Source of the DNA: Bacillota bacterium
Lineage (GTDB): Bacteria > Bacillota > Dethiobacteria > Dethiobacterales > Dethiobacteraceae
Length of the DNA stretch: 64,000 nucleotides
Assembly: GCA_012521405.1 (NCBI GenBank)
Contig: JAAYMK010000067.1
Location: 7,393 to 71,392 of the forward strand
Direction: 5' to 3'
Shown here piece after piece: positions 38,805 to 47,215 of this stretch. Below the pieces are notes generated by a model that was given only the letters and a program-made list of their open reading frames with translations, did not search any database and was not told the origin of the DNA. The translations under genes and the position numbers were made by a program. How positions within the stretch are numbered: the stretch's first letter is position 1; every line of letters begins with the position of its first letter.

Positions 38805-38968
38805 CCGATATAGGTACTCGCAAGAGTTTAATAGGGAATCAGGTGCAAAGCCTGAGCGGTCCCGCCACTGTAACCGCGAGTTTCAAAGCAAGATGCCACT
38901 GGCCGTTACGGCGGGGAAGGCGCTTTGAAATTATGACCGGGAGCCAGGAGACCTGCCTGTATCATAAA
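38805..38968 (+). promoter_or_regulatory. Cobalamin (AdoCbl) riboswitch aptamer
   Basis: AAUAGGGAAUCAGGUGCAAAGCCUGAGCGGUCCCGCCACUGUAA core, GCCACUGG...GGGAAGGC, and B12 box AGCCAGGAGACCUGCC. Lies upstream of cbiB-cobD. Confidence 0.92.
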
Positions 38969-39016
38969 GATCGTGCCCTCGGGTTAAGGGAAACGTGTAT
39001 TTTTTTGCGCATTTCT

Positions 39017-39040
39017 CAGGCCGTCGGCCTGGTTTTTTTT
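39017..39040 (+). terminator. Riboswitch expression-platform terminator
   Basis: caggcc gtc ggcctg followed by g + T8, 28 nt before the cbiB ATG. Confidence 0.7.
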
Positions 39041-39068
39041 GTATCCGGTCGCGGGGAGGGAAGAGAAA

Positions 39069-40034
39069 ATGTTGATAATTATCCTTGCTTTTCTCATAGA
39101 TGCACTGCTGGGTGATCCGGACTGGCTCCCGCATCCGGTAGTGCAAATGGGCCGTTTAATCATCTGGACGGAAAAACGCCTTTACGCAAAAACAAAATCT
39201 GATTGCAGGCAGATAATTGCCGGTTTTTTGCTTGTTTGCTTTGTTTTGCTGACAACTTTTGCCCTAACTTGGGGTGTACTTTTTCTTTGTCAGCGCGTCC
39301 ATAAAATTTTCGGGTTTGTGGTGGCCATTATTTTACTGTCAACAACTTTTGCGGCCCGGGGTCTGCAGGAGGCTGCCGAAAGGGTACTTGTACCTTTAAA
39401 AGCGGGTAATTTGCCGGCGGCACGGCAGGCCGTGGCCATGATTGTGGGACGGGATACAGAGAACATGTCAACCGGGGAAGTAGTGCGGGCAACCATAGAA
39501 ACTGTGGCGGAAAACACGATTGATGGCGTTACTGCTCCGCTTTTTTATGCCCTACTTGGTGGAGTACCGTTGGCAATGCTTTATAAAGCCATTAATACCA
39601 TGGATTCAATGCTGGGTTATAAAAATGAGCGCTATCTCTATTTTGGCCGCGTGGCCGCCAAATTGGATGATCTGGCCAATTGGCTGCCAGCCCGCCTCAC
39701 TGCGCCCGCCATGATTTTGGCCGCATTTTTTTTGCGCTACGATGCAAAGGCAGCTTTGCAAGCAATGCGACGTGACAGCCGCCTGCATGCCAGCCCCAAT
39801 AGTGGTTTTGCAGAAGCCACAACGGCCGGCGCCCTTAATATTGTTTTAGGGGGGGCCAGCAGTTATTTTGGGCGGGTCAGCGAGCGGCCGCGGTTGTGGC
39901 CGGAGGGATGTCCACCGCAAGTTTTAGATATTGAAAAAACTATCAAACTAATGCGCGCAACTTCTGTGATTTTTTTAATCTGCGGTTTGGCTGTGCGAGC
40001 ATTAATTATTTTTTGTCTGAGTCTGAACAGGTAA
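39069..40034 (+). CDS. cbiB: Adenosylcobinamide-phosphate synthase
   Basis: LIDALLGDPDWLPHPV, and NTIDGVTAPLFY...MLGYKN motifs of CobD/CbiB. ATG at 39069 follows ggggaggg. Confidence 0.88.
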   Translation: MLIIILAFLIDALLGDPDWLPHPVVQMGRLIIWTEKRLYAKTKSDCRQIIAGFLLVCFVLLTTFALTWGVLFLCQRVHKIFGFVVAIILLSTTFAARGLQEAAERVLVPLKAGNLPAARQAVAMIVGRDTENMSTGEVVRATIETVAENTIDGVTAPLFYALLGGVPLAMLYKAINTMDSMLGYKNERYLYFGRVAAKLDDLANWLPARLTAPAMILAAFFLRYDAKAALQAMRRDSRLHASPNSGFAEATTAGALNIVLGGASSYFGRVSERPRLWPEGCPPQVLDIEKTIKLMRATSVIFLICGLAVRALIIFCLSLNR

Positions 40035-40050
40035 AACTGGAGGAGATAGT

Positions 40051-41187
40051 ATGTCTAAAAGAGCAGATCTGCATCCCTTTGGGCACGGCGGAGATCTTAT
40101 TTCTGCTGCGGAAGCTTATGGTTTGGAAGCCGGGCAAATTATAGATTTTAGTGCCAACATCAATCCTTTAGGACCGCCCCCGGGTTTAAAGGAATATTTA
40201 ATGGAACATTTGACCGCTATTACAACCTACCCTGATCCAGCTTGCCGCGACCTTATTGCCGTCATCAAGGAATGTTTTCAACCTAACCATACCGTGATTG
40301 CCGGTAACGGCGCAGGAGAATTAATTTATGATCTCATGCGCAGCCTCCCGCCGGGGCCTGTTTTGCTTCCGGCACCTAGCTTTACACTTTATGCCAAGGC
40401 AGCACAAGCTGCAGGAAGGCCTGTAATCTATCATTATCTGCGGCGGGAAGATGATTTTAGACTGCAGCTAGACTGTTTTTGCCAAGAGATCCGCGAGAAG
40501 CGCCCGGCACTGGTGATGATTTGTAATCCCAATAATCCCACCGGGACAAATTTGACACGCCTTGAAATTTTAGAAATTAGCAAGGTATGTGCGCAAAGCC
40601 GGGCATATTTGATCATTGACGAAGCATTTTTAGAATTTTGTCCCGAGTGGCAGCAACGTACCATGTTAAACTCTGCTCCGGAAAACGTACTTGTGCTTTG
40701 TTCTTTAACAAAAATGTACGCCATTGCCGGCCTGCGTCTTGGTTTTTTAACTGTACCTGCGCATCTTAAAGAGAATATTTTTAACTCTAAACACCCTTGG
40801 AATGTCAATGCATTGGCTCAATTAGCCGGCCAATATGTTTTACGTCAGCGGGAATATGTCAAGCAAACCGTAGCATATGTGAGCCGGCAAGCGGCGGAAC
40901 TTTACCTGGCAATAAAAAAAATACCCGGCCTTAATCCTTTTTGGCCCACGGCAAATTATCTATTTCTGGAAACGAAAAAGTTTTCTTCCCTTGAGTTGCA
41001 GGCTAAATTAATGCAAACAAAAATTTTAATCCGCGACTGTGGGAACTACCCGGGGCTGAATGAACGCTATGTGCGTGTGGCTGTACGTAATGTTGCCGAC
41101 AATCAAAGATTAATTGCCGCCCTTACTGCTGTTTGCGGCGCTACCAAGTTAACTAATTCAAGCGACATTAATTTTCAGGAAAGTTAA
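40051..41187 (+). CDS. cobD: L-threonine-O-3-phosphate decarboxylase (aminotransferase class I/II fold)
   Basis: HGGD N-terminal motif, NPNNPTG, and SLTKMYAIAGLRLG (PLP Lys). Context with cbiB behind a B12 riboswitch. Confidence 0.8.
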   Translation: MSKRADLHPFGHGGDLISAAEAYGLEAGQIIDFSANINPLGPPPGLKEYLMEHLTAITTYPDPACRDLIAVIKECFQPNHTVIAGNGAGELIYDLMRSLPPGPVLLPAPSFTLYAKAAQAAGRPVIYHYLRREDDFRLQLDCFCQEIREKRPALVMICNPNNPTGTNLTRLEILEISKVCAQSRAYLIIDEAFLEFCPEWQQRTMLNSAPENVLVLCSLTKMYAIAGLRLGFLTVPAHLKENIFNSKHPWNVNALAQLAGQYVLRQREYVKQTVAYVSRQAAELYLAIKKIPGLNPFWPTANYLFLETKKFSSLELQAKLMQTKILIRDCGNYPGLNERYVRVAVRNVADNQRLIAALTAVCGATKLTNSSDINFQES

Positions 41188-41230
41188 CACAATTGACACA
41201 TGGCGGCATATACTGTAAAGAGGACATCTC

Positions 41231-41950
41231 GTGGGGGGTGCTTTTTTGCTTGGTATAGTTGCCGCCATCGCTACCGTTGTTCGTGGAATTACGCTCCTGG
41301 TTTCTTACCTGAACAATAATTCTTTTCCCCAACCGCTATCCCCTGAGGAAGAAAAAAAATACCTGGAAAGGCTGGCAGCAGGTGATCCGGAAGCCCGCAG
41401 TGTTTTAATTGAACGTAATTTGCGTCTGGTGGCCCATGTCATAAAAAAATTCGAAAACACCGGCGAGGATCAAGAAGACCTTATCTCCATCGGCACAGTC
41501 GGTCTCATTAAAGCCATTGATTCGTATAAAAGCAATAAAGGAACCAAGTTAGCCACTTATGCCGCTAAATGTATAGAAAATGAAATCCTTATGCACCTTC
41601 GCGTTGTCACAAAACGTAAAGCAGAAGTCTTACTTCAGGATCCTATCGGTACCGATAAAGAAGGTAATGAAATTACTCTTATGGATATTTTGGGTACAGA
41701 TGCGGAAGAAATTTTGGACGAAGTAGATAAAAAAATACTGGAAGCTAAACTGTATAAAATTATTCGCCGTCTGAAAAAAAGAGAGCGTACAGTACTTGCG
41801 CTGCGTTTTGGTCTACCCATGGGACGGCGGCAAACACAAAAAGAAATAGCCAAACGTTTGGGTATTTCACGTTCTTATGTCTCACGTATTGAGAAAAAGG
41901 TGATCGCCAAAATTGCAGAAGAATTCCGCCAAGAAGAGGCGACCTTGTAA
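41231..41950 (+). CDS. sigK: Sporulation sigma factor SigK (pro-sigma-K), uninterrupted
   Basis: Pro-sequence, then [58 protein letters not shown] and [19 protein letters not shown]. No skin-like insertion is present. Confidence 0.85.
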   Translation: MGGAFLLGIVAAIATVVRGITLLVSYLNNNSFPQPLSPEEEKKYLERLAAGDPEARSVLIERNLRLVAHVIKKFENTGEDQEDLISIGTVGLIKAIDSYKSNKGTKLATYAAKCIENEILMHLRVVTKRKAEVLLQDPIGTDKEGNEITLMDILGTDAEEILDEVDKKILEAKLYKIIRRLKKRERTVLALRFGLPMGRRQTQKEIAKRLGISRSYVSRIEKKVIAKIAEEFRQEEATL

Positions 41951-42081
41951 TTATTTGCTTTATATTTAACATAGCATACCACAAGCAAGCTGCAGCTCGG
42001 CTGTGATTTTAACACATGTTTAGGTTTTTATAGAAAGTAAACAACAGAAAAACTTGAGAAAAACAAGCTAATGTTTTGCAG

Positions 42082-42118
42082 AAAAAACTCCGGCAGTTCA
42101 ACTGCCGGAGTTTTTTTG
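42082..42118. terminator. Bidirectional terminator between sigK and the convergent ABC gene
   Basis: aaaaaactccggcag ttcaa ctgccggagttttttt. Confidence 0.8.
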
Positions 42119-42132
42119 GAATATAGTTTAAA

Positions 42133-43929
42133 TTATGCTTCCTGGGCTTGGACGGTATCACTTCCGCCGGGAGGTCTCCAGGTTTTAGTGACGTCAACAA
42201 ACTCAAAATTACCTTCGGGCCGCTCTTGTGCAACCACCAATCTCTTGTGGAATTTTTCCAGTGATGAGCGGTGGCCAATGGAGACAATGGTGGTATCTTT
42301 CATGCGCTCTAAAAGCATATTATATAGAACTTCCTCTGAATCTTCGTCCATGCTTGCCGTGGCTTCGTCAAAGAAGAGATAATCGGGTTTATAAAGCATT
42401 GCCCTGGCAATTCCGACCCTCTGCTGCTCACCGCCGGACAGAACACGGTACCAGTGAGCTTCCTCATCCAATCTATCAACAAACTGCTCAAGACCGACAT
42501 CACGTAGGACTTGCTCCATTTCTTCGCGGCTGTACTTATCAGGCGGCTCGGGATAACTGATAACTTCTGCCAAGGTTCCAATGGGGAGGTAAGGTTTTTG
42601 TGGTAAAACGATAACTTTTTTGTCTTTAGGGGTGAGAACTTTTCCGTTACCAAAGGGCCAAATACCTGTTAAGACCCTGAAGAGCGTTGTTTTCCCGGCG
42701 CCTGTCTTACCTTTAATGAGAATTTTTTCGCCCCGGTTAAACTGCAAATCTCTAACGATAGCTTGTAATTCGCCTGAGGGTAGGAAGATATCCATTGTGG
42801 GGATGGAAACATTATCTTCATCGTGCTCATTGATGACAATATTGGATGCTTTTGTGATTTTTTCTGCTTCTTCGTGACTGTCAAGGAAGCCGACAAGACG
42901 GTTGATAACGGCTTTCCACACGGCCAAGTCGGCGTAAATGGTTTGGAAGAATTTAAAGGTTATCAGCACTTGTTGGAAAGCGTTTGCAATCTGCATAATG
43001 GAACCGTAACCGCCAGGAATTGCTCCCATAAAATAGGCAGGTCCCAAGAGAATGGAAATGACGACGCCGTCAGCAAAAGAGAAACCTAAAGTAATAAATT
43101 GCAGTTTCATCCGCCGCATTGCCATTCTAAAAGTATTGGCAATGACGTTGTTGAAAATCTCCATAACACGGGTATGTTCTACTTCTTCGCCGCCAAGCAG
43201 GGAGATTTGCTCACTGTTCTCTCTAATTTGCACCAGGGAAAAACGGAAGTCGGCTTCGTATCTTGTTTGGTCATAAGTGATACCAATTAAAGATTTACCA
43301 ACAAAGTGTGCACCCCAGGTGCCGATGACTGCCCAAATAAAGGCAATGACAATGAAGTAACCGGGGAAGGACCAATCTCTGCCGAAAAGAATCATGGGAA
43401 TTGTGGCAGACAAATTCCATAAAATAACAATAAAGGATCCTAAAGTCAAGAGGTTTTGCAACAGCTGGAAGGTGTATCTCCAGGTGAACTCAAGGAAACG
43501 GTTAATATCTTCTGCAATCCGCTGGTCAGGGTTATCGATTTTGCTGCCTGTAAACTGCATGCGATAGTGGTTGAAATCGGTCATCCAGTTGTCGATAAAC
43601 CGGGAAGACATCCATCTCCGCCAGCGAATGGCGATCCATTGGTCAAGATACATTCTTAAGCCACCACTAACGGTGGCAACCGTGGCAAAGAGGGCGAACA
43701 CTACAAGTTGCTGATTCCATAACGGACGGTCAACATTAACATAAGCGTTTGTCCAGTCTGAATACCATGCGTTAATACGGATTAAAGCAATCACGGAAAC
43801 GACCATTAAGAGCACATCAGCAATTAAAAGTAACCAGCTACCCAGACGTTCCTCAGAATAGAGCCAATATGGAGCCGCCAATCTCCATAATTGTTTAAAG
43901 GAGCGAATAATTTTTCTCATTGTCGTCAT
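42133..43929 (-). CDS. Fused TMD-NBD ABC half-transporter of the SbmA/BacA-YddA-ABCD type, paralogue 1
   Basis: 598 aa. TMD carries IDNPDQRIAEDINRF. NBD has Walker A GKTGAGKTT, LSGGEQQR, Walker B YLFFDEATASMD and H-loop SIGHR. Confidence 0.8.
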   Translation of the reverse strand: MTTMRKIIRSFKQLWRLAAPYWLYSEERLGSWLLLIADVLLMVVSVIALIRINAWYSDWTNAYVNVDRPLWNQQLVVFALFATVATVSGGLRMYLDQWIAIRWRRWMSSRFIDNWMTDFNHYRMQFTGSKIDNPDQRIAEDINRFLEFTWRYTFQLLQNLLTLGSFIVILWNLSATIPMILFGRDWSFPGYFIVIAFIWAVIGTWGAHFVGKSLIGITYDQTRYEADFRFSLVQIRENSEQISLLGGEEVEHTRVMEIFNNVIANTFRMAMRRMKLQFITLGFSFADGVVISILLGPAYFMGAIPGGYGSIMQIANAFQQVLITFKFFQTIYADLAVWKAVINRLVGFLDSHEEAEKITKASNIVINEHDEDNVSIPTMDIFLPSGELQAIVRDLQFNRGEKILIKGKTGAGKTTLFRVLTGIWPFGNGKVLTPKDKKVIVLPQKPYLPIGTLAEVISYPEPPDKYSREEMEQVLRDVGLEQFVDRLDEEAHWYRVLSGGEQQRVGIARAMLYKPDYLFFDEATASMDEDSEEVLYNMLLERMKDTTIVSIGHRSSLEKFHKRLVVAQERPEGNFEFVDVTKTWRPPGGSDTVQAQEA

Positions 43930-43977
43930 AAACCTCCATAGATATAATTAAACTTTCGTAAACAACTTTCCCAAAAG

Positions 43978-44817
43978 CTAAATCTTTCTGCTCTTTTGCC
44001 AATGTATAGCTTCTTGTTTTTTACCGATGAAAACGATGGCAAAGATAATGGGGATAAAAACGGCAAGTCCGCCAAAAGTCATGATCTGTAAAAGGGTGTC
44101 TCCTTCAAAAATCGGTAAAGCTTCTTCTGGTTGTGCAACAGGTGCTGCTGCCGGATCTTCAGTACCGGAACCGGCGCTGCCGTCTACCGGAATGGCTGCA
44201 AGTCCTTCCACGGCCACGACACCGGTGGCAGGAACGGTAATATTGCCTTCTGCATCTGTTGTGCCTAAAACTTCACCTGTTTCCGGGTCAGTGACTTGGG
44301 CATTTGCCAGCGGGGTAGAACTATAGGTAAAGGTTGTGAAGTCTAAGATCCACTCAGTGGCGGTAACTGTGGCCGAATCGCCGGAAACAGAAACCTTTAA
44401 AGCTACTGCACGGGCCGGCACCATGGGGTCGCTGGAGAGGGACATGATGATGTTGTCACCGCCCTTGACTGCTGTGGTGTCGGCAGTCCCCGGGTTCTCG
44501 GGAGCGCCCAATGGTGCGCCGTTGAGAATGACAAATGGGGTTGTGTTGACGCCCCAAGCTTTGGAGATTAAAAACATATTCCACATGGGATCAATACCTG
44601 CTTCATAACCGCTTTCCCCGCCCGGGAAAAAAGCTGCGTGGGCTGCTTTCAACACGCCGTCTACTGTCATTTCCGTGGGGGAGACGGGCTGGGCAGCAAT
44701 GATTAATTCCCCGTCAACACTGACGGTAATAAAAACAGTATTATCTTCTGCCGAAGCAACTGTCGTCATTGCTATCAACATTATGACAGCAATGGAAAGT
44801 ATGAGTGCTTTTTTCAT
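43978..44817 (-). CDS. Secreted, C-terminally TM-anchored protein with a DUF4430-like domain (tentative), paralogue 1
   Basis: Signal peptide MKKALILSIAVIMLIAMTTVASA. Conserved core TVDGVLKAAHAAFFPGGESGYEAGIDPMWNMFLISKAWG...ILNGAPLG...GGDNIIMS, then a second beta-rich domain, a P/A/G linker, a C-terminal TM helix and a basic tail. RBS aggagg. Confidence 0.6.
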   Translation of the reverse strand: MKKALILSIAVIMLIAMTTVASAEDNTVFITVSVDGELIIAAQPVSPTEMTVDGVLKAAHAAFFPGGESGYEAGIDPMWNMFLISKAWGVNTTPFVILNGAPLGAPENPGTADTTAVKGGDNIIMSLSSDPMVPARAVALKVSVSGDSATVTATEWILDFTTFTYSSTPLANAQVTDPETGEVLGTTDAEGNITVPATGVVAVEGLAAIPVDGSAGSGTEDPAAAPVAQPEEALPIFEGDTLLQIMTFGGLAVFIPIIFAIVFIGKKQEAIHWQKSRKI

Positions 44818-45300
44818 GTGATATCCTCCTAAAAGTAGATTTTTTTACATGCTTTTTAGAGCGTCTTCAATTTTCAGCCCATGAAAAAATACCCCTATAC
44901 AAGCAAATAGCCTCACCTCACTGCAGACTTTGTTAAATTTAATTTAAGTTTTAAGTAATGCCCTTGCATTACCAAAAACTTTCGACAAGTCTGAAATTTG
45001 CGAAAACTAATGTCGCAGTGGTACTTTGACCAATATCATAATGTGGTCAAATGCGGTGAGTCTACCCTGCTAAAATAATTTGGGGTATTTTGCTGCATTC
45101 CCATTGCCAATATTGTAAAGCAAAATAAGTAAAAAGTGTGCCTAAATATGTCGATACAAATGTATTACTTGTGATATTTTTTTTCCTAGGAGTAATTTCC
45201 ACAAAAAAATTTTTTTTCCTCTAGGATATAAAAAATTTATATATCTTCCCTCTATTAAAAAAGTTATGTCTATATTTTTTAATGTATGTACATTGTGGGA

Positions 45301-45342
45301 AAAGAAAGAGGGTGCTGCAAAGGGAAAAAGTTTGCGGCACCC
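45301..45342 (-). terminator. Terminator of the paralogue-2 ABC gene
   Basis: gggtgctgc (45310-45318) / gcggcaccc (45334-45342) stem with one G-U pair. On the minus strand it is followed by ctctttcttt. Confidence 0.55.
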
Positions 45343-45351
45343 TAAATTTAA

Positions 45352-47145
45352 TTATGCTCCACTTTGGGAAACTGTTTCCTCACTGCCCGGCGGGGTCCAG
45401 TCTTTGCCCACATCCACAAACTTAAAGTTGCCGCTTGGTTGCGGTTCAGCCACCACTAATCTTTCGTGGAATTTCTCCAGTGATGAGCGGTGTCCGATAG
45501 AAATAATGGTTGTATCTTTCATCCGTTCTAACAGCATTTTATATAATACTTCTTCCGAAGGCTCGTCCATGGAAGCAGTAGCTTCGTCAAAGAAGAGATA
45601 GTCCGGTTTATAGAGCATGGCCCGGGCGATTCCTACCCTCTGTTGTTCACCACCGGACAGGACGCGGTACCAGTGGGCTTCTTCATCCAGCCTGTCCACA
45701 AATTGAGCTAGATCAACATCACGTAGTACTTGTTCCATTTCCTCCCGGCTGTATTTTTCAGGCGGTTCCGGATAACTGATAACTTCTGCCAGCGTGCCGA
45801 TGGGTATGTACGGTCTTTGTGGCAGAATAATAACTTTTTTGCCTTTGGGTACAACAACTTTACCTCTACCAAAGGGCCAGATACCGGAAATAACCCTAAA
45901 GAGTGTGGTTTTACCGGCGCCTGTTTTCCCTTTAATCAGTACTTTTTCGCCTTTCTTAAAGACCATATCCTTAGCTGTTACTTGCAATTGACCGGTGGGA
46001 AGGAAGATATCCATTTGCGGAACTTGAATTTCATCTATATCGCGCTCTTCAATCTCAATTTTGGATTGACGTGTAATTTCAGCAGCTTCTTCACGGCTGT
46101 CCAAGAAACCGCAGAGACGGTTAATGACAGCTTTCCACTGGGCCAGCTGTTCATAAATTTGCTTAAAGAACTTAAAGGTGGTTAAAACGGTGGCAAAAGC
46201 TTGTGATATCTGCATAATGGCACCGTATCCACCGGGAATGGCACCCATAAAATATGAGGGGCCTAAAAGGATGGAGATAACCACGCCGTCTGCCATATCG
46301 AAACCTACGGAAACGATGGTTAATTTCATTCTCCGTAACATAATTCTAAAGTTGTTGGCAATGACGTTGTTAAAGATGGACATCAGTTGTGAGTGCTCAA
46401 CTTGTTCGCCACCCAAAAGGGCAATCTGCTCACTGTTTTCACGCACGCGCACCAGGGAAAAACGGAAGTCAGCTTCAAATCTGGTCTGGTTGTAGTTTAA
46501 ACCGATTAAAGATTTTCCAAAAGTATGGGAGAGGAAAGTTCCCAAAATAGCCCACACTAAAGCAATGACAATGAAATACCCGGGGAAAGATAAGTCGCGA
46601 CCGAAAAGCATTAAAGGAATATCATTGGAAAGGTTCCACAAAATAACGAGGAAAGAACCTAGTGTCAATACCTGTTGCAACAAGTTGAAAGTAAACATCC
46701 AGGTGTAGTCAAGAAAAATTTTGACATCCTCGGAAATACGCTGGTCAGGGTTGTCAGTTGATTTGGTAAACTGCATTCTGTAGTAGTTAAAATCTGTCAT
46801 CCAGTTGTCAATAAATTCGGAAGTCATCCATCTTCTCCACCGGATGGCAATCCATTGGTCAATATAGTTTCTGAAACCGGTACCAAAGGTCATCACAATA
46901 CCGACAATGAAAAAGACCCAAAGCTGCTGGACCCATAAAGGATAGTTCATTTCCACGTATGCGTTGGTCCAGTCCAGGTACCATCTGTTCATGCGTACCG
47001 AGGCCGCCACGGTTAATATCATAATGGAGACACTGGCCAGCATGAGCAACCAACTGCCTACGCGTTCCTCAGACTTTAACCAGTAAGGAACTGCCAGTCT
47101 CCAGATCTGTTTGAACATATGAATAATTTTTCTCATTGTCTTCAA
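45352..47145 (-). CDS. Fused TMD-NBD ABC half-transporter of the SbmA/BacA-YddA-ABCD type, paralogue 2
   Basis: 597 aa, about 70-75% identical by eye to 42133-43929. TDNPDQRISEDVKIF and the same NBD motifs. Confidence 0.8.
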   Translation of the reverse strand: MKTMRKIIHMFKQIWRLAVPYWLKSEERVGSWLLMLASVSIMILTVAASVRMNRWYLDWTNAYVEMNYPLWVQQLWVFFIVGIVMTFGTGFRNYIDQWIAIRWRRWMTSEFIDNWMTDFNYYRMQFTKSTDNPDQRISEDVKIFLDYTWMFTFNLLQQVLTLGSFLVILWNLSNDIPLMLFGRDLSFPGYFIVIALVWAILGTFLSHTFGKSLIGLNYNQTRFEADFRFSLVRVRENSEQIALLGGEQVEHSQLMSIFNNVIANNFRIMLRRMKLTIVSVGFDMADGVVISILLGPSYFMGAIPGGYGAIMQISQAFATVLTTFKFFKQIYEQLAQWKAVINRLCGFLDSREEAAEITRQSKIEIEERDIDEIQVPQMDIFLPTGQLQVTAKDMVFKKGEKVLIKGKTGAGKTTLFRVISGIWPFGRGKVVVPKGKKVIILPQRPYIPIGTLAEVISYPEPPEKYSREEMEQVLRDVDLAQFVDRLDEEAHWYRVLSGGEQQRVGIARAMLYKPDYLFFDEATASMDEPSEEVLYKMLLERMKDTTIISIGHRSSLEKFHERLVVAEPQPSGNFKFVDVGKDWTPPGSEETVSQSGA

Positions 47146-47215
47146 CCATCCCCCAAAATAATTTTTACCACTAAAACAGCATTAGCTTACGACCAAACTG
47201 TTGTTTGAGTTGAGG

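Noticed and set aside
38843-39115. 90-aa ORF overlapping the region upstream of cbiB.
   Set aside because: It coincides with the cobalamin riboswitch aptamer and its terminator. The RNA element explains the conservation-like features.
41231-41950. Split sigK / skin-like prophage element.
   Set aside because: The ORF is continuous through regions 2 and 4 of the sigma factor, with both halves present. No recombinase or insertion is nearby.
42071-42382. 103-aa plus-strand ORF and its look-alike at 45266-45601 (111 aa).
   Set aside because: Both are antisense to the NBD-coding 3' ends of the two paralogous ABC genes. Their mutual similarity simply mirrors the duplication. Neither has an RBS, and both span terminators.
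44818-45104. Possible canonical cobalamin riboswitch upstream of the DUF4430-like genes.
   Set aside because: I looked on the minus strand for the GGGAA / GGUG..AA.CC hairpin, GCCACUG and the B12 box AGNCAGGAGACCUGCC. Only weak partial matches turned up, and none in the second leader. I therefore kept it as an unclassified structured leader rather than calling a B12 riboswitch.
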